Source: Candidatus Actinomarinales bacterium
GTDB taxonomy: Bacteria; Actinomycetota; Acidimicrobiia; Actinomarinales; Actinomarinaceae
Direction: 5' to 3'
Assembly: GCA_004213405.1 (NCBI GenBank)
Contig: SGYR01000001.1
Span: forward strand, 80,859 to 144,858
DNA length: 64,000 nucleotides
Part shown: in pieces, positions 48,957 to 58,364 of the stretch
Numbering within the stretch: position 1 is the first letter of the stretch
How the letters are laid out: every line of letters starts with the position of its first letter
Translations under genes and position numbers: made by a program
Notes under the pieces: generated by a model
What the model was told of the DNA's origin: nothing
What the model saw: the letters and a program-made list of their open reading frames with translations, nothing else
The model's database searches: none

Positions 48957-50759
48957 TTACCTCTCTCCTAATCCTAACTTCTTTTCAACTTTCATGCTTC
49001 TTCTTGAAAGCGTAAATGTAAATATCCAATAAACAATAGCTACAAAAATTAAATTCTCTCTATCATGACCAACAAAGTTTACAGGTATTGATTGATTTCC
49101 GATAACAGTTTTTCCAATTGTAAGAAAATCAAATAATCCAATAATTGTAACCAAGCTTGAGTCTTTGAAAGCTGTTATAGCGCTACTGACAAGAGTAGGT
49201 ATAACTGCTCTTAAGGCTTGTGGCATAATTATTAAAGAAATCTTTTGAAATGGACTCATTCCTATTGCATCAGCAGCTTCATATTGACCTTTAGGAATAG
49301 ACTGGAGACCTCCTCTAATATTTTCTGCAAAATATGCTCCACTGAAGAAAGCTGTAACCATTAAGACTCTTACTATTAAGTTAAACTCAACCCCTGCAGG
49401 TAAAAACACTGCCAATGTAACACTTGCAAAAAAGAGCCAAGTAATATAAGGCACAGACCTTGTTAATTCAATGATTCCGGTACAAACAATTCTTATTATT
49501 GGTAATTTTGAATTTCTTCCAAGTGCTAATAAAACACCTAAAGGAAATGAAACGTATGTGCCAAATATGGCTAGCAGCCAAGTTAGGGAAAAACCTCCAA
49601 AGATACTCGAACCAGGAACTACGATACCAGTATCCGAGGCTCCTCCTCTGAGTAAAAAGGTAAGAGTAACCAATGCAACAGCCCAAACAATTAGTAAACT
49701 TCTTTTTCCTTGTGAAGAGGTGGATACTGCAGGCACTACAACAGAAAACAAAGCAATTAAAAGTAGGCATGTTTTTGCCAACATTGGCAGACCAGAAAAC
49801 ACCCCAACGATAGTCAAAAGAAAAGTTACTCCTAAGTAGGTTGAATAATATTTTTTAAATAAAGAGTTGTTTACAAAAGTTATTACAAGAAATCCCCAGA
49901 GTAAGAAAAATCCAAATATAGGAAGGTCGCTACCAAGCACTACAGACATTTCAATTTGAGGTTTTTTGAAAATCCAAGAAAAAATTAAAAGAGGTAATAA
50001 AAACCAAGATAAAGAAATTGCTGATTTAATACTTTTAATATTTTTAATATACATACCGATGAAATAGCTCGCTAAAAAAGCAACAAAAATTACTGTCCAT
50101 GGAATTTTTGTAGTATTTGCTATAGGCATTAATGGCTCTGGGATGATTCTTTCATTATTTTGATCTAATTGAATAGTTGGAAGCTTTACAAACCAGATAA
50201 GTGCAACTGGAAGAAAAAGATAAAAGAAAACCATGTCAGAACTGTTTACAGTAAAGTTCAAATTTGTAAATCTGATACTGAAAAATATTGCACAGAAAAT
50301 AATAACTGGAATTAATAATCCTAATCTTGTATCCATAGAAAGAACTTCCTCAGTTATAACTGAGCCGTCATTTCCCATAAAGCTGGCATTTGTAGGAGCA
50401 ATAATTGTAAAAAATAAAACCCCAAGGCCGCCTTTGAAAAATGAATTAAATATTTGTGAGCTTTTTACTCTTTCTTCATTTCTCCAGATTCCAATTGATA
50501 ACCCGGCAAGGACAAAAGTAAGTCCCACTGAAAGCCATACTCTAATAAAGTCTTCTTCTGGATATGCTTGAACCATATAAAGCTGCATATTATTTAATAC
50601 AGCAAGCCAATCTTTGTCCGAAGTCATTGCAAAACCAAGCATTCCTCGGAAAAAATTAATTACAAGATAGGTTGTAGCAATAGTTAAAACCGAAGATCCT
50701 ACTGACGAGAACAAACTCTCTTGTAATGACTTTGCGTTCTTTTTAATTAAATCAATCAT
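48957..50759 (-). CDS. amino-acid ABC transporter permease (AapM-like) with long N-terminal multi-TM extension
   Basis: 600 aa. The C-terminal third carries the polar-amino-acid permease core (FSGAYFAENIRGGLQSIPKGQYEAADAIGMS...PTLVS). Confidence 0.8.
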   Translation of the reverse strand: MIDLIKKNAKSLQESLFSSVGSSVLTIATTYLVINFFRGMLGFAMTSDKDWLAVLNNMQLYMVQAYPEEDFIRVWLSVGLTFVLAGLSIGIWRNEERVKSSQIFNSFFKGGLGVLFFTIIAPTNASFMGNDGSVITEEVLSMDTRLGLLIPVIIFCAIFFSIRFTNLNFTVNSSDMVFFYLFLPVALIWFVKLPTIQLDQNNERIIPEPLMPIANTTKIPWTVIFVAFLASYFIGMYIKNIKSIKSAISLSWFLLPLLIFSWIFKKPQIEMSVVLGSDLPIFGFFLLWGFLVITFVNNSLFKKYYSTYLGVTFLLTIVGVFSGLPMLAKTCLLLIALFSVVVPAVSTSSQGKRSLLIVWAVALVTLTFLLRGGASDTGIVVPGSSIFGGFSLTWLLAIFGTYVSFPLGVLLALGRNSKLPIIRIVCTGIIELTRSVPYITWLFFASVTLAVFLPAGVEFNLIVRVLMVTAFFSGAYFAENIRGGLQSIPKGQYEAADAIGMSPFQKISLIIMPQALRAVIPTLVSSAITAFKDSSLVTIIGLFDFLTIGKTVIGNQSIPVNFVGHDRENLIFVAIVYWIFTFTLSRRSMKVEKKLGLGER

Positions 50760-52558
50760 TACCTCTCCACTATCTTCATTTTTCTATTGTAATAATTGAT
50801 TATTGTTGAAATAGTCAAGCTTACCGTACTGTAAAACGCCATCCAGATTAAAAATACTGGCAAGGTCTGTCCTTCTTGGTTATATAGGGTTTGTCCAACT
50901 GCAACAATTTCTGGATATGCAACAGCTATGCCCAAGGAAGTATTTTTTGCAAGGTTTAGATACTGGTTGCCCATCGGTGGAAGCATTACCCTGATTGCCT
51001 GTGGTAAAACTACTAACCTTAGTAGGGCACCTCGTCCTAGCCCAAGAGAAAGACCAGCTTCAGACTGTCCTTTTGAAACTGCCATTATTCCAGCTCTCAC
51101 AACTTCAGAAATAAATATTGCTGTATAAAGCACAACCCCAAGCCAAATGGCAAAGTAGCCTACAGAAAGGCTTTTACCGAATCCATCAGCATACCTTTTA
51201 AACTTAGTTGTCCCGATTTGTTCAACCCTTGGTCTTGATAGTTCTAATGGTTTACTATCTGTAACTCGAATATCGTAAGTTTTTTCATCTATTTTTACAG
51301 TATCTCCCTTAGTTACAAAAACCTCTTCAATGACACCTGTATATTTTGCGTAAATGGAAATTTCTTGATTTAAATCACCCTTCAAATCTTTTGCAGTAGC
51401 TCTTCCTACCACGTCACCTTTTGTAACTTCTGTACCGGGAACGGCAATCCAGTCTATGATTTCTGCTCTCTTCATACCTTCCAGCTGTGCATCTAGTACA
51501 ATATTTGCCTCTGGGTTCCAATATAGTTTATTGTTAACTCCATCAAAAAATTGAGGAACCCCCCAATCTGCTTTGAAAACAATTTCATCACCAACTAAAA
51601 AGTTAGAAAGCCCCAACCCTACAGATGAAAACATTAAGACAACAACTAACAGTACAACTATGACGTTTAGTATTATCTTAAAGTAATCGTCATCACTATA
51701 AATTCCCTGGGCTTCTTCTGATTTTTTGCTATCAATAAACTTTTTTGTAGATCTAAAACCAATAAACACTGCAATTAAAGAGAAGAGTGTCTGATAAAAA
51801 ATTGCAGGCAAGAGATCAGCACCAGTTGAAATATATGTAGCTAAGAATCCAATAACGCCCATAACTCGATATCCTCCGTACCAGCCAACAACTAGTAATC
51901 CAAAAAAGATTACAACTGACCAAAGAAAAGGCCTGGTTTCTCTTCCTTCTCTTTCAAGAATTTGCACTCTCCACTTATAAATTTTGTTGGCCAAAATGAA
52001 AATAGCTAGTAAATAAACCCAGAATAAATATGCTGTAGGCTGCCTATTCAACCAAGGGAAGGCAATACCTTTTGCACTTACATGAAGATTGTATGTTCCT
52101 ACATCAAATGCTTCTAATCTAGGGAAAGTCAATACAAAAGCTTGGAAAAAGAAAATTTGTACCAATAGAGGAACATTTCGAACAACTTCTAACAGACCTG
52201 TTGAAGTTTTTTCTACTATATAGTTTTTTGATAAACGAGCAATACCAAGAAATGTACCTAAAAATGTTGCAGCAAATATACCCGTTACTGTGACCCTTAA
52301 CATGTTTAGCATGCCAACTTGGATCATCTGTCGACCTGAGTTAGGAAGGGTATACATTCCTTCTGCAATTGAAACGCCTGGCGTTTCTCCTAACCATCCC
52401 CATGAAAAAGCAATATTAGTTTGTTCAAGATTAACAATCGCATTCTGAATATAGCTCCAAACAATATAAAGTAAACCTGCTAAAAATACTATTTGTGAAG
52501 CCCATTTAAGAAAGACTACATTCCTAAAAAACGAAAGTTTTTCAAGTGCATTTTTCAT
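50759..52558 (-). CDS. amino-acid ABC transporter permease (AapQ-like) with inserted barrel-sandwich-like domain
   Basis: 599 aa. Permease core (SEVVRAGIMAVSKGQSEAGLSLGL...PPMGNQYLNLAKNTSLG). About 140 aa non-membrane insert (see findings). TAATG overlap with the next permease. Confidence 0.8.
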   Translation of the reverse strand: MKNALEKLSFFRNVVFLKWASQIVFLAGLLYIVWSYIQNAIVNLEQTNIAFSWGWLGETPGVSIAEGMYTLPNSGRQMIQVGMLNMLRVTVTGIFAATFLGTFLGIARLSKNYIVEKTSTGLLEVVRNVPLLVQIFFFQAFVLTFPRLEAFDVGTYNLHVSAKGIAFPWLNRQPTAYLFWVYLLAIFILANKIYKWRVQILEREGRETRPFLWSVVIFFGLLVVGWYGGYRVMGVIGFLATYISTGADLLPAIFYQTLFSLIAVFIGFRSTKKFIDSKKSEEAQGIYSDDDYFKIILNVIVVLLVVVLMFSSVGLGLSNFLVGDEIVFKADWGVPQFFDGVNNKLYWNPEANIVLDAQLEGMKRAEIIDWIAVPGTEVTKGDVVGRATAKDLKGDLNQEISIYAKYTGVIEEVFVTKGDTVKIDEKTYDIRVTDSKPLELSRPRVEQIGTTKFKRYADGFGKSLSVGYFAIWLGVVLYTAIFISEVVRAGIMAVSKGQSEAGLSLGLGRGALLRLVVLPQAIRVMLPPMGNQYLNLAKNTSLGIAVAYPEIVAVGQTLYNQEGQTLPVFLIWMAFYSTVSLTISTIINYYNRKMKIVER

Positions 52559-52596
52559 AAATAAATCCTATCAGATTAAGTTTTCATATTCAAAGT

Positions 52597-52619
52597 AAAA
52601 GGGGCTAAAAGCCCCTTTT
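52597..52619 (-). terminator. GC-rich hairpin with flanking A/T tracts between the binding-protein gene and the permease genes (intercistronic attenuator/terminator)
   Basis: AAAAGGGGCT-AAA-AGCCCCTTTT. The stem GGGGCU/AGCCCC is followed by a U-run on the transcribed (minus) strand. Confidence 0.5.
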
Positions 52620-52641
52620 ACAAATTATAAATAGGTAAAAA

Positions 52642-53712
52642 TTACCTTGCTGGTGGTGCGTAAACTAATCCGCCTTCTGTCCAGCGAGCGTTAGCTCCAC
52701 CTTCTCTGTAGAGACCTAATGGATTTAGGTTTCGTGAGAAGATTTCGTCGTAGTTACCGATTTGCTTTACAACGTTGTAATACGCATCAGCACTAAGACC
52801 CATCTTTGTTTGAAGCTCTCCGTCATTCTTACCAAATAATCTACCCAATTCTGGGTTAGCATCATAATCAACTGAGTCGATGTTAGCTCTTGTAACTCCG
52901 TACTCGTCAGCAATAACTGTTGCATAAACAGTCCAGTTAATGATGTCAGCCCATTGGCTATCATTTGATCTATATGTTGGACCTAATGGTTCTTTTGAAA
53001 TTGGTGATTGTGGGAAAATTGCCCAGTCATTAAGAGCATCATTAACTGCTCTTCTACCAACTAATCCTGAACCGTCTGTTGTTACAATATCACACTCTCC
53101 AGCAATGAACTTATCAATTGCTTCTGCGAATGCTTCAACTGTAACGAGCTCAATAGTAGCTCCTACAAGTCCAGCACCCTCTGTAATATTCTTTTCAGTG
53201 GTTGTACCAGCATTTGTACATACTCTTAGACCATCAATGTCAGCGAGAGTTGAAGATGAAGAAAGTCCATCAGAAACTCTACCCATTAATTGTTGACCGT
53301 CAAAGTAAGTTGTTGGTCCAAAATCATTACCAAGCTCAGTGTCTCGGCTTTGAGTCCATGTTGTGTTTCTTATTAACACGTCGATTTCACCAGCGCTAAG
53401 TGCTGTAAATCTTTCAGCAGCAGTAAGTTGCTTGAATTCAACTTTACTGTAATCGCCAAAGACTGCAGCAGCTACTGCATAACAGTAGTCAACGTCAAAT
53501 CCTGAGTAAGAACCGTCGTCCCCTACTTCAGTGAATCCAGTTGCACCGGTGCTAACACCACACTTGAGGAATCCTCTAGCTTGAACTTCTTCAAGCGTTG
53601 TTAGTGCTGCTTCTTCAACTACTTCTTCAACAGCAGCTTCGTCAGTTGTGTCTCCACAAGCAACTAATACCATTGATAGAACTAGAAGAGAAACTATAGC
53701 TTTTTTATTCAA
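52642..53712 (-). CDS. general L-amino-acid ABC transporter substrate-binding lipoprotein (AapJ/BztA-like)
   Basis: 356 aa. Lipobox LVACGD. Family-3 SBP pattern (GFLKCGVS...GFDVDYC...IDVLIRNTTWT). TTG start with an AAGGAG SD. Confidence 0.85.
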   Translation of the reverse strand: MNKKAIVSLLVLSMVLVACGDTTDEAAVEEVVEEAALTTLEEVQARGFLKCGVSTGATGFTEVGDDGSYSGFDVDYCYAVAAAVFGDYSKVEFKQLTAAERFTALSAGEIDVLIRNTTWTQSRDTELGNDFGPTTYFDGQQLMGRVSDGLSSSSTLADIDGLRVCTNAGTTTEKNITEGAGLVGATIELVTVEAFAEAIDKFIAGECDIVTTDGSGLVGRRAVNDALNDWAIFPQSPISKEPLGPTYRSNDSQWADIINWTVYATVIADEYGVTRANIDSVDYDANPELGRLFGKNDGELQTKMGLSADAYYNVVKQIGNYDEIFSRNLNPLGLYREGGANARWTEGGLVYAPPAR

Positions 53713-53911
53713 TGTTTATCTCCTTTTAATTAAAAGTACACAGCTTTTTAAAAGCTGCATGTAATTAATTTAATATGCATAATTTTTTGTAGCAATAAAA
53801 TTCTTTGTAAAAAAACAAAAAATTTGCAAATAAATATAAATTGGCTAAGAAACTTCTACTGTTTTGAAGAAAACTGCATTATTATTTTATGTTGTATGTA
53901 AGGAGAAAAAA

Positions 53912-55183
53912 TTGTCCACTACCGTAGTTCTCGGCGCCCAGTGGGGAGATGAAGGTAAGGGTAAAGTCACAGATTTTTTTGCTTCTACAGCTGATTTTGT
54001 TGTTAGATTTCAAGGCGGAAACAATGCTGGTCATACAATTGTAGTTGGAGAAGATAAAATTGCTCTGTCTTTAACACCTTCTGGAGTTCTATATCCTGAC
54101 TGTGTTCCAGTAATCGGTTCAGGGTGTGTAATTGACTTGGGCTTTTTAAAACAAGAACTCAAAATGTTAGAAGATAAGAACATAGATACTGAGAAGTTAG
54201 CTATTTCACCAAATGCTCATCTTATAATGCCCTATCACAAATTACTTGACGAATTGATTGAAGAAAGTTTAGGAGAAAACAAAATAGGAACGACAAAAAA
54301 AGGAATTGGACCTTGTTATGCAGACAAAATACAGAGACGTGGCATAAGGGTACAGGACTTGTTAGACCAAGAAGTATTTGAAAAAAAAGTAAAATCAAAT
54401 ATTGAAGAAACTAACCTCACTCTTACAAAAATCTACCAACGACCTCCTTTGGCATCTGAGGAAATAATTGAAGAATTTAATGGTTATAGAGATATTGTCG
54501 TTAACCATATAAAAGACACCTCACTTTTAATTGAAAATGCTATTAAAGAGAACAAAACAATTTTATTTGAAGGAGCCCAAGGTACGCTGCTCGATATAGA
54601 TCATGGAACTTATCCATTTGTGACTAGCTCAAATACATCTGCAGGAAATGCTGCTATTGGATCCGGAGTTGGTCCAAAAAATATAGACCGTATTGTTGGA
54701 GTAACAAAAGCCTATATATCTCGAGTCGGAAGTGGACCATTTATTACAGAACAAAAAAATGAGATTGGTGACTACCTAATCGAAAAGGGTGCAGAGTTTG
54801 GTGTAGTTACAGGTCGTAGAAGAAGATGTGGTTGGCTTGATTTAATTTCTTTGAAGTATTCAGTAAGAGTTAATTCATTAACTGAGCTATTTATAACTAA
54901 ACTTGATGTCCTTTCAGGATTAGAAGAAATAAATTTATGTACTGGGTACAAGTATGAAAATGAGGTTTTCACTGATTATCCATACAAAGAAAGCATTCAT
55001 TATAAAGCTGAGCCTGTTTATCAAACTTTTGATGGTTGGACAGAAGATATTTCCTCTGTAAAGAATTTTGAAGACTTGCCAAAAAATGCACAAACTTACA
55101 TAAAAGCAATTGAAGACTTTATTGAAGTACCCATTACGTTCATCTCTGTTGGGCCTGAGAGAACAGAAAATATAATAATTTAA
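53912..55183 (+). CDS. purA: adenylosuccinate synthetase
   Basis: GAQWGDEGKGK P-loop and GGNNAGHT. I start it at TTG 53912, which is preceded by AAGGAG. The track's ATG 53864 adds a non-homologous 16-aa leader. Confidence 0.93.
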   Translation: MSTTVVLGAQWGDEGKGKVTDFFASTADFVVRFQGGNNAGHTIVVGEDKIALSLTPSGVLYPDCVPVIGSGCVIDLGFLKQELKMLEDKNIDTEKLAISPNAHLIMPYHKLLDELIEESLGENKIGTTKKGIGPCYADKIQRRGIRVQDLLDQEVFEKKVKSNIEETNLTLTKIYQRPPLASEEIIEEFNGYRDIVVNHIKDTSLLIENAIKENKTILFEGAQGTLLDIDHGTYPFVTSSNTSAGNAAIGSGVGPKNIDRIVGVTKAYISRVGSGPFITEQKNEIGDYLIEKGAEFGVVTGRRRRCGWLDLISLKYSVRVNSLTELFITKLDVLSGLEEINLCTGYKYENEVFTDYPYKESIHYKAEPVYQTFDGWTEDISSVKNFEDLPKNAQTYIKAIEDFIEVPITFISVGPERTENIII

Positions 55184-55184
55184 A

Positions 55185-56447
55185 ATGATTGATAGATATT
55201 TAAATCCAGAAATTAATTCTATTTGGGATGATCAAAACAAATTCGATACATGGAAATTGGTTCAAGAAAAATATGTTGAGACACTAGAAGAGTTAAATGT
55301 AGCTGAAAATGGAATTGCTAAAAAAATAAATCAATCAGTTGTCCAAAAGGATGAAGTGTATAAACAAGAGGAGATTACAAACCATGACTTAGCTTCATTT
55401 GTTGATATATTGCAAAAAAAAGTTGGTGAAGGTTCTAATTGGATACATTATGGATTAACAAGCTCAGACATAGTAGATACTGCAAATAGCATTTTAATTA
55501 TGCAGTCACTTGATTATGTTAAGGACTTAATAAACGATTTGCTTTCAACTTTACAGGAAAAAGCTGTTCAAGAAAAAGATACTTCGATTATTGGGAGAAC
55601 TCATGGTGTTTACGCAGAAGAAACTTTTTTAGGGAATATCTTTGGCAACTGGCATCTAGAAGTTGCTCGAGGATTGAATCGACTTGAGAATTCTAAAAAT
55701 AATATTTCTTTTGGTAAATTAAGTGGCCCAGTTGGAAACCATTCCGTAGTTACTTCGGAAATTGAGAAGCTTACACTTGAGAAATTAAATTTAAAGCCTG
55801 AACAGTTTGCAAATCAGATTGTAAGTAGAGACCGGTACGCAGAGGTTGTTAGCTCACTTGGTATACTCGCATCTACTTATGAGAGGATTGCTACAAACAT
55901 ACGTAGCTATCAGCGTTCTGAGATATCTGAAATGTTCGAGTCATTTAAAGATGGGCAAAAAGGTTCTTCGGCAATGCCGCATAAAAAGAATCCTATTGGT
56001 AGTGAAAGAATAGCCGGATTAGCAAGAATAATGAGATCTTATGTAAGTACTAGCTTAGAGAATATGGTTTTATGGAACGAAAGAGACATTTCTAATTCCT
56101 CAGTAGAAAGGATTATGCTCCCAGATACTTTTCACCTTATTAGTTTTATGAGTATCGAGTTGAATTTAATACTAAAACACCTAGTTATAAATTATGAACA
56201 AATAAATGTAAACCTTGAAGATGCAAAAAATAAATCTGTAAGTCAAAAATATCTTTCTTATCTTGTGAACAACGGGGTTGATAGAGATACGGCGTATAGA
56301 AAAATTCAAGAAGAAATTTTTAACAATTTATCTGCTGAAGAATTAAAAAAAGAGCTTGAAAAAGAATTTAAATTAGAATTTCCAGATTTTGAAAATCAAA
56401 TTAATAAAAACGTCGACGAAAAAACGTTTAAAGATAGATTTCAATAA
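55185..56447 (+). CDS. purB: adenylosuccinate lyase
   Basis: 420 aa. Fumarate-lyase signature GSSAMPHKKNP, and HYGLTSSDIVDT. Confidence 0.9.
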   Translation: MIDRYLNPEINSIWDDQNKFDTWKLVQEKYVETLEELNVAENGIAKKINQSVVQKDEVYKQEEITNHDLASFVDILQKKVGEGSNWIHYGLTSSDIVDTANSILIMQSLDYVKDLINDLLSTLQEKAVQEKDTSIIGRTHGVYAEETFLGNIFGNWHLEVARGLNRLENSKNNISFGKLSGPVGNHSVVTSEIEKLTLEKLNLKPEQFANQIVSRDRYAEVVSSLGILASTYERIATNIRSYQRSEISEMFESFKDGQKGSSAMPHKKNPIGSERIAGLARIMRSYVSTSLENMVLWNERDISNSSVERIMLPDTFHLISFMSIELNLILKHLVINYEQINVNLEDAKNKSVSQKYLSYLVNNGVDRDTAYRKIQEEIFNNLSAEELKKELEKEFKLEFPDFENQINKNVDEKTFKDRFQ

Positions 56448-56448
56448 A

Positions 56449-57129
56449 TTGGATAAATTTAAATCAAAATTTCTTGAAATAAGAGAAGAAATTAAAGATT
56501 TACTTCCAAATAATGAAGGTGTAATTGATGCCGTAATTGCTCCAGTGTTTTTTGTTGTGTTGGCTAACTTTGTTGAATTAAATACAGCGATCTTGAGTAC
56601 AGGTGGATTACTTATTGTTTTTCTAATTTACAGAAAACTAAGAAAACAAGATTTAAAGTTTGTTTTTTACGGATTTGTTGGATCTGCTATTGCACTACTT
56701 CTTGCAAGACTTCAGGGAAGTGCGTCTGGATTTTTCATTCCTGGAATTATAAGAGACGCAACAATTGCAATCTTTGGATTAATTTCGATACTAATAAGAA
56801 AGCCATTTACCATATATAGTTCGAAAGCATTTAGGAATTGGCCTAAAGAATGGTACTTTCACCACAGAGTACGCCCTGCTTATACAAAAGTTGCTATTAT
56901 CTGGACCATTTATTTGTCTTTAAAGGCTGGGTTACAAATTTACTTCTTTAACAATCCTGAAATACTAGTTGTAATAAAACTTGCAACATCTAATCAAAGT
57001 ACCTTGATTCTTTTAGTAATCTCATATATTGTCGGTCAAAGAAGTTTACAAGATTTAAATGGTCCAAGTGTTGACGAATTCGTAAATAATTCACCTGAAC
57101 CTTGGATAAGCCAACAAAAAGGATTTTAA
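56449..57129 (+). CDS. membrane protein, DUF3159-like
   Basis: I prefer TTG 56449, directly after the purB stop, over ATG 56389, which would overlap purB by 59 nt. EGVIDAVIAPVFFVVLANFV and the 5-6 TM topology resemble actinobacterial DUF3159. Confidence 0.5.
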   Translation: MDKFKSKFLEIREEIKDLLPNNEGVIDAVIAPVFFVVLANFVELNTAILSTGGLLIVFLIYRKLRKQDLKFVFYGFVGSAIALLLARLQGSASGFFIPGIIRDATIAIFGLISILIRKPFTIYSSKAFRNWPKEWYFHHRVRPAYTKVAIIWTIYLSLKAGLQIYFFNNPEILVVIKLATSNQSTLILLVISYIVGQRSLQDLNGPSVDEFVNNSPEPWISQQKGF

Positions 57130-57143
57130 GGTAAAATTTAATT

Positions 57144-58364
57144 ATGAATAATTTATCAACCTCTGAACTCTCGTCCCTTGCAATAATTTTTGGGATTTTA
57201 ATCATTACTTATTTTGTATTAAGAAGCATCCTCTTTCCTACTTTAAAAAAAATAGCAAAAAGAACATCAACATTTATTGATGATTTATTTCTAGAAAAAA
57301 AATTTCTGAATCGACTTTCATATGTTCTAGTAATTATAGTTTTTACCTTTTTGACTTCATCTCCTAGTTTTAATCTTGAAATATTTTCAAATCCAATAAT
57401 TTCTAGACTTCTTGATTCATTACTGACTTTATTTGTCGGTCTTACCATTCTTGAAATGCTCACTGTATTCAATAAAGTCTCTGAAAATATAGATGTATTA
57501 AAAAATAAACCTATCAAAGGATATATTCAGATAATAAAAATAATTATCGCATCATTCATCGCAATAATTATTTTTGCAATAATTACTGGTCAATCAGTGG
57601 CTTATTACATAAGTGGTCTTGGAGCTTTGACCGCAGTATTGTTGTTAGTCTTTCAAGATACAATTCTTTCTTTTGTGGCATCAGTCCAAATTGGTCAAAA
57701 TGACATAATTAAAATTGGTGACTGGATAGAGGTTCCCGAGTTTGGTGCAGATGGAGATGTTGTAGATATAGCCCTTCACACTGTAAAAGTACAAAATTGG
57801 GACAAAACAATTACAACAATACCTACATCAAAAATTGTTAATACTTCTGTAAAAAACTGGAGGGCAATGTCTGAGTATGGAGGGAGGAGGATAAAAAGGT
57901 CAATATTAATTGATATTTCTAGTATCAAGTTTTTAACTGCAGAAGAAACGGTCGAACTTCAAAAGCTTTCACCAATTAAGAGCTATATTTCAGAAAAAAA
58001 CGAGGAGTTAGAAGAGTTTAATAAATTAAACAGTGAGTCTTCTAATCAATTAGAAACTAGGAGATTAACAAATATCGGAACCTATAGAGCGTATGTTGAG
58101 AACTATTTGAAACAAAGTCAAAATTTAAACACTGACACCATGACTTTTTTAGTTCGTCAATTACCCTCTTCTCCTGAAGGAGTGCCTATAGAAATATATA
58201 CATTTACGAATACAACAGAGTGGGTTGCTTATGAAAAAATACAATCAGACATTTTTGATCACTTATTTGCAATTCTTCCAAAGTTTGGATTACGGGTTTT
58301 CCAAAGTGGTGTGATAGAGGCTGTGGCTATGAAAAACTTACCATTTAATCAACTGGACGAATAA
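57144..58364 (+). CDS. mechanosensitive ion channel (MscS family)
   Basis: 406 aa. TM3-beta domain junction (LLLVFQDTILSFVASVQIGQNDIIKIGDWIEV...GDVVDIALHTVKVQNWDKTITTIPTS). Confidence 0.85.
   Translation: MNNLSTSELSSLAIIFGILIITYFVLRSILFPTLKKIAKRTSTFIDDLFLEKKFLNRLSYVLVIIVFTFLTSSPSFNLEIFSNPIISRLLDSLLTLFVGLTILEMLTVFNKVSENIDVLKNKPIKGYIQIIKIIIASFIAIIIFAIITGQSVAYYISGLGALTAVLLLVFQDTILSFVASVQIGQNDIIKIGDWIEVPEFGADGDVVDIALHTVKVQNWDKTITTIPTSKIVNTSVKNWRAMSEYGGRRIKRSILIDISSIKFLTAEETVELQKLSPIKSYISEKNEELEEFNKLNSESSNQLETRRLTNIGTYRAYVENYLKQSQNLNTDTMTFLVRQLPSSPEGVPIEIYTFTNTTEWVAYEKIQSDIFDHLFAILPKFGLRVFQSGVIEAVAMKNLPFNQLDE

Noticed and set aside
49468-50571. ORFs 49468..49770 (-), 49471..49839 (+) and 50233..50571 (+) overlapping the 600-aa permease
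   Set aside because: They are alternative-frame or antisense ORFs within a permease gene whose own frame shows the ABC permease core. There is no independent support for them.
52767-53399. Three extra ORFs inside the binding-protein gene (52767..52964 -, 52940..53296 +, 53202..53399 +)
   Set aside because: They are explained by the locally higher G+C content, which gives fewer stop triplets. The AapJ-like frame is the one with homology and a lipobox.
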